Below are positions 27,108 to 36,417 of a stretch of 64,000 bases of DNA, one piece after another. Position 1 is the first letter of the stretch. Each line of letters opens with the position of its first letter. Position numbers and translations under genes: made by a program. The DNA is from Nitrospirota bacterium (lineage in GTDB: Bacteria; Nitrospirota; Thermodesulfovibrionia; Thermodesulfovibrionales; Dissulfurispiraceae), in NCBI GenBank assembly GCA_963790025.1, contig CAWBMP010000004.1, positions 992,001 through 1,056,000 of the forward strand. The letters run 5' to 3'. Below the pieces are notes generated by a model that searched no databases, was not told the origin of the DNA, and saw nothing but the letters and a program-made list of their open reading frames with translations.

Positions 27108-30100
27108 ATGGGCGTATCCAGAAGAGATTTCCTGAAGATTTCCGGCGGATCTGTTCTTGCGGGGTCTTTGGGAGTGGGAGTTAAACAGGCAGAAGCAGAT
27201 ACAGCAGAGCTTAAAATCAAAAATGCAAAAGAGACCCTTACCATATGCCCATTTTGCTCCGTGGGTTGCGGCATTGTTGTACACTCGGCAAACGGCAAAG
27301 TCATAAATACCGAGGGCGATCCAGATCACCCCATAAACGAAGGCACGCTCTGCTCAAAAGGCTCCTCGATGTATCAGGTCATAAACAATCCGTCCCGGCT
27401 CACAAAGCCGCTCTACCGTGCACCAGGCGCCGCTCAATGGAAAGAGGTTGAGTGGGAATGGGCCTTTGATGAGATTGCAAATAGAATAAAAGATACGCGT
27501 GACAGGACGTTCAAAACCACCTCAAAGTCAAAAGTGAAAGAAAAGGGCCCTGATGGAAATGAAGTAGAGGTAGAGAAGGAATTCTTGGTCAACCGGACCG
27601 ACGGGATCGCCCATGTGGGAAGCGCCGCCCTTGATAATGAGGAATGCTATCTGATACAGAAATGGGTCCGCTCTCTGGGACTTGTTTATGTAGAGCACCA
27701 GGCCCGAATATGACACTCCGCAACTGTAGCGGCTCTGGCAGAGTCGTTCGGACGCGGTGCAATGACAAACCACTGGATAGACCTCAGGAATGCCGATGTT
27801 ATTCTCGTAATGGGTGGAAACCCTGCGGAAAACCATCCCATATCAATGAAATGGATCATGATGGCCAGGGAGAGAGGCGCAAAACTCATAGTCGTTGATC
27901 CGCGTTTTACCCGTACTGCAGCAAAGGCCGATATATATGCCTCACTTCGTTCAGGGACCGATATCGCTTTCCTCGGCGGCATGATTAAATACATTTTCGA
28001 TCACAACCTCTACTTCAGGGATTATGTCGTGAATTATACCAATGCAGCATTTCTTGTTAATCCTGACTTCAAAGGCCCTGGAGAATTGGAAGGACTCTTC
28101 TCCGGATATGACCCCAAAGCCAGAAAATATGATAAAAAGACATGGTCCTTCCAGATGGACGCAAGCGGCGTACCGAAGAAAGACCCGACACTCAAAGATC
28201 CCCATTGTGTTTTTCAGCTGCTAAGGAAACAGTATGCACGTTATACTCTCGATAAAGTTTCAAGCATTACCGGGACCCCGAAGGAAGACCTCCTGAAGGT
28301 ATACAAAACTTATGCCTCAACCGGAAGGCCGGACAGGGCAGGCACCGAATGTTACGCAATGGGCTGGACCCAGCATACGGTAGGGACCCAGAATATAAGG
28401 ACCATGTCAATAATCCAGCTCCTTCTCGGCAATATTGGAATAGCCGGGGGTGGAGTAAACGCCCTGAGAGGCGAATCCAATGTCCAGGGTTCTACAGATC
28501 ACGGGCTGCTTTTCCACGTATTGCCGGGTTATCTTCCGGTGCCCAGTGCTACAGTTGTTGATCTGAAAGCCTACATAGACAAATTCACCCCGAAGACAAA
28601 AGAGCCTAAAAGCGTGAATTGGATGAGCAATATAGGCAAATACATGACGAGTTACCTGAAAGCTATATACGGGGACCATGCGACAAAGGAAAATGATTTC
28701 GGATATGCCTGGCTTCCCAAGCCCGATGAAGGAATGAACGCATCATGGCTCATGATTTTTGACCAGATGTTCAAGGGGAAATTCGATGGTTTCTTTGCCT
28801 GGGGACAAAATCCCGCATGTTCGGGTGCGAATTCTATCAAGACGAGAAAGGCACTGGCAAAGCTGAAATGGATGGTGAATGTAAATCTGTTTGATAATGA
28901 AACAGGCTCGTTCTGGAGGGGCCCCGGAGTGAATCCAAAAGAAATTCAGACTGAGGTCTTCATGCTTCCATGCTGCTCATCGGTTGAAAAGGAAGGCAGC
29001 ATCTCTAATTCAGGGCGCTGGGCACAATGGCGATACAAGGCGATACCTCCTATCGGCCAATCCAAACCGGACAGTGACATCATGAATGAACTCTTCTTCA
29101 GAGTAAAAAAACTCTACGCCCGCAAAGGCGGTGCATTCCCAGCCCCGATACTGAACCTGACATGGAACTATGGTGAAAGAGGTCCGGACGGGAAGGTCAA
29201 AGAGATCAATACTCACCTCATCGCCAGGGAGATTAACGGGTACTATCTTGAAGACCTATTTGACAAGAAAGCCACTCCTCCAAAGCAGCTCGGGAAGAAG
29301 GGAGAACTCTGCGCCACCTTCGTGCATCTTCAGGACGACGGATCTACGTCATGCGGCAACTGGATATATAGCCAGAGTTATACTCAGAAAGACGGGAAAA
29401 TCATTAATATGATGGCGAGGAGGAAAAAGACCGATCCTACAGGGCTGGGACTTTATCCTGAATGGTCGTGGTGCTGGCCAGTGAACAGGAGGATAATCTA
29501 CAATCGCGCATCCGTTGACCCGCAAGGCAGGCCGTGGGACCAGAAAAGGGTCCTTCTTAAATGGAACGCCGAAAAAGAAGATCCCAACACAAAAAAGCCC
29601 GGCGTATGGGAAGGAGATGTGCCTGACGGCCCTGCTCCTCCGTTAGCTTCGGAAAAAGGGAAATACCCTTTCATCATGAAGCCGGATGGCGTGGGTTCTG
29701 TGTTCGGGCCGGGACTTAATGACGGGCCGTTCCCTGAACATTATGAGGCGCTCGAATGTCCCGTGCATGAAAATCCGATGTCGAAGCAGAGGATCAATCC
29801 CGCAATCAAACTTTTTGCTGATACAGACACGTTCTCGTGTGATTTAAGGTTCCCTTACGTGGCTACAACATATCGCATTTCCGAGCACTGGCAGACAGGT
29901 GTCATGACGAGGCATGAGCCGTGGCTGCTTGAGGCGGTCCCGCAGCAGTTCGTCGAAATGAGCGAGGAGCTTGCCAGGGACAAGAATATTAAATCAGGCG
30001 ATAAAGTAACTATAAAATCCGGTCGCGGCGAAATATGGGCCGTTGCAGTGGTGACAAAAAGATTCAAGCCTTTTAAGATCGCGGGCGGCATAGTGCACCA

Positions 30101-30254
30101 GGTAGGGCTGCCGTGGTGTTTTGGATGGCAGTATCCCGAGGACGGCAGCGGAGGCGACAGTTCCAATATTTTGACCTCCACCATTGGTGACGCAAATACC
30201 ATGATCCCTGAATCCAAGGCCTTCATGGTGAATATCGAGAAGGCAAAGGTATAG
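27108..30254 (+). CDS. fdnG: Selenocysteine formate dehydrogenase alpha subunit (1048 aa, Tat-exported)
   Basis: SRRDFLK Tat motif, CPFCSVGC, EHQARI-U(TGA 27711-27713)-HSATVAALAESFGRGAMTNHW continuous frame. Confidence 0.95.
27728..27748 (+). promoter_or_regulatory. Candidate SECIS of fdnG
   Basis: AGCGGCTCT-GGC-AGAGTCGTT hairpin just 3' of the UGA. Confidence 0.7.
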
Positions 30255-30262
30255 GAGGAGAT

Positions 30263-31078
30263 ATGGCAACCGCAATTAAAACAAAAGGCGCATTGATAGA
30301 TTTGACCAAGTGCATTGGATGCAGGGGCTGTCAGATCGCCTGCAAAAACTGGAACAGCCGCTCGGTGAAAAAAACAGTGATGACCGGCAATTTTACCAGC
30401 CCCGTTGATCTTAACTCTGAGACGTATACTATGGTGAAATTTGTTGAGCAGGAGCACGACAACAGGCTCGGATGGGATTTCATAAAACTGCAATGCATGC
30501 ACTGTAATGACCCGGCATGCGCATCCGTGTGTCCCGTAGGCGCTTTAAAAAAGAGCCCTGCCGGACCGGTCATTTATGAAGCCGACCGCTGTATCGGCTG
30601 CCGGTACTGCATGCTGGCTTGTCCGTTCCAGGTCCCCAAATATGAATGGGAAAAGACGTTTCCGCTTGTTCAAAAGTGTACGTTCTGCGCTGACAGGATA
30701 GCAGGTGGGATGACGCCTGCCTGTGCAAAGTCATGTGCACCCGGCGCAATTCTTTTCGGTGATCATGAAAAGGTCGCCGCCGAAGCCGAGCGCCGTATCA
30801 GGGAACACCCCAATAAATATGTGAATCACATTTATGGAAAGGAGGAAGCGGGCGGCACATTATGGATGTACATATCAGGCGTTCCCTTTGAGACCCTGGG
30901 CTTCAGAATGAACATCCCCAAAGTTGCCCTTCCTTCATTAACATGGGCATCTCTGGCAAAACTCCCTTATGCAGTCGGCGGCCTGGTGACCATTCTGTCG
31001 CTTATTGCCTATTTCAGAAACCGCGGAGCAGAACATGAATCTGCCACGCGGAACAACAGCGAGAAGGAGGGACAATAA
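30263..31078 (+). CDS. Formate dehydrogenase iron-sulfur subunit (FdnH/HybA-like)
   Basis: CIGCRGCQIAC, CMHCNDPACASVCP, CIGCRYCMLACP, KCTFC; C-terminal TM. Confidence 0.92.
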   Translation: MATAIKTKGALIDLTKCIGCRGCQIACKNWNSRSVKKTVMTGNFTSPVDLNSETYTMVKFVEQEHDNRLGWDFIKLQCMHCNDPACASVCPVGALKKSPAGPVIYEADRCIGCRYCMLACPFQVPKYEWEKTFPLVQKCTFCADRIAGGMTPACAKSCAPGAILFGDHEKVAAEAERRIREHPNKYVNHIYGKEEAGGTLWMYISGVPFETLGFRMNIPKVALPSLTWASLAKLPYAVGGLVTILSLIAYFRNRGAEHESATRNNSEKEGQ

Positions 31079-32211
31079 TGAATACAATCGAAAGCCGGCC
31101 AACTGCATCATTTTTGTCGCCGGGCACGCTGATATTGATAGCGTTAATTTTCATAGGAGGGTTTGCCGCTTTCTACCGCTTCGCAAACGGATTGGGCGCG
31201 GCTACGAACCTTAGCGATAACGTACCCTGGGGCTTATGGATTGCGTGCGATGTCCTGAGTGGAGTGGCGCTTGCAGCCGGAGGTTTTACCATAACAGCGG
31301 CAGTCTATATCTTCAATATGAAAAAATACAAACCTATTGCCCGCCCTGCCATCCTGACTGCATTTATCGGTTATCTGATGGTCATCGTAGGGATCGTCAT
31401 CGACATAGGACAGCCCCTCAGGATAATGCATCCCATCTATATGTGGCAGCACCGTTCCGTCATGTTCGAGGTTGTCATATGCGTTGCTCTTTATACAGCG
31501 GTGCTCACGCTCGAATTCGCCCCATCTTTTCTTGAACGGTTCAGGCTTCATGGATTGCTGAAAATCCTCAAATTCTTCACTTTCCCGATTGTGATAGCAG
31601 GCATCACCCTTTCGTTCCTTCACCAGTCTTCGTTGGGTGCCCTCTACTTAATAGTACCAGCTAAGATGAGCAAGCTCTGGTACTCTCCTGTCATGCCTCA
31701 GATGTTTTATTTATCAGCTATCTGTGTGGGATTGGCAATGACGAATTTTGAGACTATAATGAGCGCCAGGGTATTCAAAAAAGAATATGAACACGACATT
31801 ATCAGTGGACTTGCAAAGGGGACTTCGATAGCGCTTCTCATATATCTTGTACTTAAAGTAATAGACCTGCAAGTCAGAGGGGCTTTACCGCTGCTTTTTG
31901 GCGGAAGTGCGGCTGCCAAAATGTTCCTCTCCGAAATAACAATTGGTGTCATCGCGCCAATGGTGATGCTCTGGATCAAAAATATTCGCGAGTCGATCGG
32001 AGGCGCCCTCCTAGCCTCAATATTGGTAATTGCCGGGGTGCTCCTTAATCGCTTCAATACAAACTTTTTCGCCGAGGTCGGCAGCGGCATCTCCTATTTT
32101 CCCACATGGAGAGAGTTAGCCATAACAGCAGGCCTGATATCTCTCGGCGTATTCCTTTACAGATTGGCTGTTATTTATCTGCCGGTTTTTCATACTGAAG
32201 CCGAACATTGA
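31078..32211 (+). CDS. NrfD/HybB-family membrane subunit
   Basis: PWGLWIA.D, ALAAGGF, SVMFEV, LHQSSLG; about 10 TM helices. Confidence 0.9.
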   Translation: MNTIESRPTASFLSPGTLILIALIFIGGFAAFYRFANGLGAATNLSDNVPWGLWIACDVLSGVALAAGGFTITAAVYIFNMKKYKPIARPAILTAFIGYLMVIVGIVIDIGQPLRIMHPIYMWQHRSVMFEVVICVALYTAVLTLEFAPSFLERFRLHGLLKILKFFTFPIVIAGITLSFLHQSSLGALYLIVPAKMSKLWYSPVMPQMFYLSAICVGLAMTNFETIMSARVFKKEYEHDIISGLAKGTSIALLIYLVLKVIDLQVRGALPLLFGGSAAAKMFLSEITIGVIAPMVMLWIKNIRESIGGALLASILVIAGVLLNRFNTNFFAEVGSGISYFPTWRELAITAGLISLGVFLYRLAVIYLPVFHTEAEH

Positions 32212-32229
32212 AAAAAACACTAAGATTCA

Positions 32230-32261
32230 TGTCAGGTCTTGTCACGCGACAAGACCTGACA
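32230..32261. repeat. Perfect 14-bp REP-like hairpin
   Basis: TGTCAGGTCTTGTC-ACGC-GACAAGACCTGACA, no U-tract. Confidence 0.7.
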
Positions 32262-32611
32262 CTCAATTCCTCTTCAAACCCCAAGATGCCAATGCCCGAT
32301 CAAAATATTATCTGCTAACGTCTTAGTTATTGCTTAATCATCACCAACATTAATAACGGCATCTCACAATAACCGCGATATCGAAAAAAGCTCAACTATA
32401 TTCATTTCGTCCCGCGTCCCTTGACAAATTGTCGCAGATTGCTATAATTTGCACATAAAAAGAGAATGCTATATTTTGTGAATTGGGACATTGGCATTTA
32501 TTTTGCTGAATTCGTTTGCGTGCAAAATCTGCAAATTGAGTATGTTCAGGAACGAGATAATAACTGGTTAGGTTTTGTTTTCCGGCTAATAAGGAAGAAA
32601 GGAGAAAGAAG

Positions 32612-33184
32612 ATGGGAAAAGCGATTTTTGGTTTTTTTGCACTTCTTGGATTAGGCTTAGATTTTGGACACGGGGTCGCCAGTCGAGTCGTGCACAAGCT
32701 CGGGCCTTTACTCGTTGTGTTGGTGCTGTGTGCCACGGCGTGCGTCCCTCAGACGAGGAAAGATGACAAGCAGGAGCCCTGCTGGTTGCTGTATGACAAC
32801 TGGAACGTAGGCGCAGTCGGCAACAACGGGAAGAACATCATGATCACAGTGCCGGCCAAAGCTCCCGACGGTCATAATGTCCAACAGTGCAACATCTGCC
32901 GTATCGATACGTATCATTGGAACGGGGGACAGGGGGCGGTTCCAGGGAAAGTTTCGGTCTTCATTCCGGCAACAGGGCTCACGGACACACCACCCAACAA
33001 CGCGACGGCTACGCCGGGCGCAGGTGGTGCCCCGAACGTCAATTGGTCGCAGACTGGTTTCACAGCTGGCGTCCCGGCCGGTGGGCAATTCGAAGTACGC
33101 GACAGCAATCCGGGTACGTGGTCACAGAACGCGCAGACGAACGGCTTCGGCTACACTCGCGTTTGGTGCTGGCCAGAAATATGA
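32612..33184 (+). CDS. Hypothetical lipoprotein (start may be GTG near 32689)
   Basis: Lipobox-like ATAC; TYHWNGGQG...DSNPGTWSQN beta-rich domain; GC-rich segment. Confidence 0.6.
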   Translation: MGKAIFGFFALLGLGLDFGHGVASRVVHKLGPLLVVLVLCATACVPQTRKDDKQEPCWLLYDNWNVGAVGNNGKNIMITVPAKAPDGHNVQQCNICRIDTYHWNGGQGAVPGKVSVFIPATGLTDTPPNNATATPGAGGAPNVNWSQTGFTAGVPAGGQFEVRDSNPGTWSQNAQTNGFGYTRVWCWPEI

Positions 33185-33417
33185 GGTGAGATGTGGATTG
33201 GTGTTGAGACCCTGCTAGGCGCCGGGTTCATTACAATAGACAGGCCCGGCGTCTAATTTTTAAGAATAAGCTTGACCAGTGTGGCAAGGGCAGATTAACG
33301 TTTTTTCCTGGGGTGGTCCTGCAGGTAAAAATAAATACCTGCAAAAAGCATGGCAAGAGCAAGCCCCGCCATAAGAATATATACAGGCTCGAACATTTAA
33401 TTTTCCTCCTTTTCTGC

Positions 33418-33612
33418 CTATGACGGTATAACGATATATGCAATAATTCCTGCAAGAAGTGTTAATGTGACAATTATTATCGCTTCAAAGCCAGTAAGAG
33501 TCTGAGTCAAGAAGCCGCTCACAAGCCTTACTGTTGCCATATATTTAGCAATATCAAAGATTGCTTTCCCTAATTCCTTACGCCTGTCCTCATTACTACT
33601 ATTACTTATCAT
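33418..33612 (-). CDS. Small two-TM membrane protein
   Basis: RKELGKAIFDIAKY then two hydrophobic helices. Confidence 0.55.
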   Translation of the reverse strand: MISNSSNEDRRKELGKAIFDIAKYMATVRLVSGFLTQTLTGFEAIIIVTLTLLAGIIAYIVIPS

Positions 33613-33643
33613 ATACTATCCTTTGCCCTTCTCTGTCAACATT

Positions 33644-34432
33644 TCATTTCATTGAAATCGGCAATACCCCTCTGTCGCCTGATGGAAACTGTATCACTTC
33701 GCTGAATCTGCATCCGTTCACAAGGAAATGAGACCACAAGACAAAGGATACAGGGGGAAGGGCCGCCTGTCTTTTCGTCATATCATTCTGCAAGTACTGG
33801 AATATCCTGCGGAGCCGCTCACCGTTGGGCACTACCAGCATGACATTATTTCTGAAAGATGATATTTTCTCAAAAACCTTCGACCTGCCCATGCCGGCTG
33901 CATCTATCTCCACATCGAAAGTATACGCCTCTCCTTTATACGGAACTATCCTGATTCTGAAATCTGGGAAAAAGGTGCGCCTCCTCTCCCCTTTCTTTTT
34001 AATCTGTCTGCCAAACGCCTTCCGTGCGTAATACTCTGTGTGGATATATTCTATTCTATAGAGATTATGCACCTCAGCCTCTTCCACCATCTTGCGCATA
34101 GTAGAGGCAACCATGAGCTCGTGCATGAGTTCGATAGTTTTGGGAAACACATACCGTATGTTTTCGATTTCAAACCCATACTTTAATACGACCTCATAGG
34201 CGCCAGCTTTCTGCAGCACAACAATCGGACTGTCGTGCCTGTCCACCTTTTTAGACTGGATAAGACCGGCATTCTCCAACTGTAACAGGCGTTTCCATGC
34301 ATATTTGGAAAATTCTTTTGAAGCTTCCTGCTTCGGAAAATATTTCTTACCTATAGAAATGACATTGCTCGGCCCATAGGAGAGATGTTTCAATATTTCG
34401 TAATCCCGTTCCGTTATCTTCTCGATTCTCAT
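33644..34432 (-). CDS. Replication-relaxation (Replic_Relax)-like protein
   Basis: N-terminal wHTH (ITERDYEIL...LLQLENAGLI), HELMV, FPDF, VEID; translationally coupled to virD4. Confidence 0.7.
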   Translation of the reverse strand: MRIEKITERDYEILKHLSYGPSNVISIGKKYFPKQEASKEFSKYAWKRLLQLENAGLIQSKKVDRHDSPIVVLQKAGAYEVVLKYGFEIENIRYVFPKTIELMHELMVASTMRKMVEEAEVHNLYRIEYIHTEYYARKAFGRQIKKKGERRRTFFPDFRIRIVPYKGEAYTFDVEIDAAGMGRSKVFEKISSFRNNVMLVVPNGERLRRIFQYLQNDMTKRQAALPPVSFVLWSHFLVNGCRFSEVIQFPSGDRGVLPISMK

Positions 34433-36417
34433 AGACTGTCCATGGGAAACTCATCCGTTTCCTGCAAAAAACCTAATTTGTCGGCCCTAGCGGCCTGAGT
34501 TGTTCTGCTTTCCGACTTTTCGAGTTTACGCAGGTACCCTTGAACATCAGAGGCCCTTTCTTTCAACAAATCCTGGATTTCCCCCTTTTTGATGTCGTAG
34601 GGGACAGCCGGCATATAAAATTCAAATGGTTTATTCAGCAATCCCTTGTATTTCCGGTCCTTATAATAAGGAAGCTGATTGGCAAAAAATGGCCTGATCC
34701 CTTTTGCGAGCACCAGGCATTTGCTTTCATCCATATAGTGAATATTATCTGCTGTTATCAGCGGGGCCTTCTCAGCCTTTTCATAATACCTGAATGAAAT
34801 AAAATCAAAGACCCCTCTGCTTTTCATGGGAGAATTGAATGAAGTTTCCCCAAGCCATAACGATATTTCTTTGCACATTTCGTATGAGCATCCCGGCAAT
34901 ACGATGATTGTGCGTAATGACGATATAAATGACTGAGCGCTGCCCGACTTCATTTTTTTCATCATGCCCTCTATGTCGGATTTGTCCTGCACATAAATGG
35001 TCATGCCGGCCCCTGAAGATCTTCCGGTCGCTGCGAATTCATCAACTTTCGGCAGATTCAGGCGTGCAAATTCATCAAGGTAAAACCATGCGTGGCGCGG
35101 TTTTGCTCCCTTTTTATTGGCCTCGGAGGCTTTTTCGTAATCCCGCAGCATAAGAAGCCGAGCTATCATGCTTGCCATCACTTTCATGTCATTCCTCTGC
35201 AGTTCTGCTTTGACCACAAACAGACATGGCTCGCTGAAAAATATTTCTATGTCAAAATCATTCCGTATAAGTGCCTGCCGCAATGTCGGACCATCCATAA
35301 ACTGAAGTTTTCGGTATAGGCCTTGCATCGCATTGACTCTTTCCTGCGGCATAGTGTCAGCAAAGAACCTGAACTCATCAATAACATCTCTACTCCCGGT
35401 GCTTGCTATGAAGCGTGTCAGTTCATCAGGAGGAAGTTTGACCGCATCAAGCACTGTAGTGAGATTTCTGTATTCGGGAGGCATTTTAAGCACCGCCATC
35501 AAAATTGACCATATCAACCGGTATTCCCTCCCTATAAAATGGTCTGTGTCGGATTTCATTTCACCAACCTCGGCAAAGTAGCTGCCGAACAACGCATTGA
35601 TTATCTCTTTTAGGGCATCATGTGTCTTCTGGTTCGAAAAATCGCTTTCCACCATCATTAAGGGATTAAAATGCATTTTCCATTTATACGGATCGAAATT
35701 AATTACCTTTCTGCCTTTCGCCCACCATGCATGGCCCACTATGTCAACAATGTCTTCATCAGGCTTGACATCGACGCAAAAAACTGAACAATTACTGAAA
35801 GAATCATTTACAATGTTGGTAATCAGGAAACTCGATGTTTTCCCTGAACCCGGAGGCCCCGGAATCAATATCCCCTCCTGCCTCCTCTTCTTATCGATCC
35901 CAATTCTTTTGCACTTATAAGAGCCAATCTGAAAAAAATTATCCTCCGCGGTCTTTTTCTCGACAAACCCGGATACTTTAATAAGGACTTGCATAAGACC
36001 GAAAGACACTGCAAGAGACATAAGGGCCAGTACCGGAGAAGCGACAATTTCGTGATAAATAAGGTAATAAGGAATTGTGCCCAGAGCATAAAGCATCACA
36101 CTACCCCCTGGTCCCCAGACAGCATAAACATGGACCTTGCCGGGGATCGCGAGTCTCGACAATATCTCTCGCTGCGTAGCAAAACGTCCCGAGGTGGCGG
36201 GATTGTCTTTTATACGTACTCTTCCACGAGACAGTACTGTTATAAAGAATGCAATAATAAAAAAAATCGCCAGGCAGACTAACGAACAAAGCACAATTAT
36301 CTGGCTGGGACTTACATGAAGGCCGGCTATTCTCCTGATTGCTATGGCAAGGTCCGACAACGGACCCTTATTCAGTGCATGCTCAATATCTCTCAGTGCC
36401 ATCGCCTGCCCTACCAT
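34429..36417 (-). CDS. Type IV coupling protein (VirD4/TraG/TraD-like)
   Basis: N-terminal TMs, GPPGSGKT, HFNPL, FYLDEF, GRSSG..M.IYVQD. Confidence 0.9.
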   Translation of the reverse strand: MVGQAMALRDIEHALNKGPLSDLAIAIRRIAGLHVSPSQIIVLCSLVCLAIFFIIAFFITVLSRGRVRIKDNPATSGRFATQREILSRLAIPGKVHVYAVWGPGGSVMLYALGTIPYYLIYHEIVASPVLALMSLAVSFGLMQVLIKVSGFVEKKTAEDNFFQIGSYKCKRIGIDKKRRQEGILIPGPPGSGKTSSFLITNIVNDSFSNCSVFCVDVKPDEDIVDIVGHAWWAKGRKVINFDPYKWKMHFNPLMMVESDFSNQKTHDALKEIINALFGSYFAEVGEMKSDTDHFIGREYRLIWSILMAVLKMPPEYRNLTTVLDAVKLPPDELTRFIASTGSRDVIDEFRFFADTMPQERVNAMQGLYRKLQFMDGPTLRQALIRNDFDIEIFFSEPCLFVVKAELQRNDMKVMASMIARLLMLRDYEKASEANKKGAKPRHAWFYLDEFARLNLPKVDEFAATGRSSGAGMTIYVQDKSDIEGMMKKMKSGSAQSFISSLRTIIVLPGCSYEMCKEISLWLGETSFNSPMKSRGVFDFISFRYYEKAEKAPLITADNIHYMDESKCLVLAKGIRPFFANQLPYYKDRKYKGLLNKPFEFYMPAVPYDIKKGEIQDLLKERASDVQGYLRKLEKSESRTTQAARADKLGFLQETDEFPMDSL

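Noticed and set aside
27060..30254. Two separate ORFs or a pseudogene for formate dehydrogenase
   Set aside because: The TGA is at the conserved Sec position with the frame continuing
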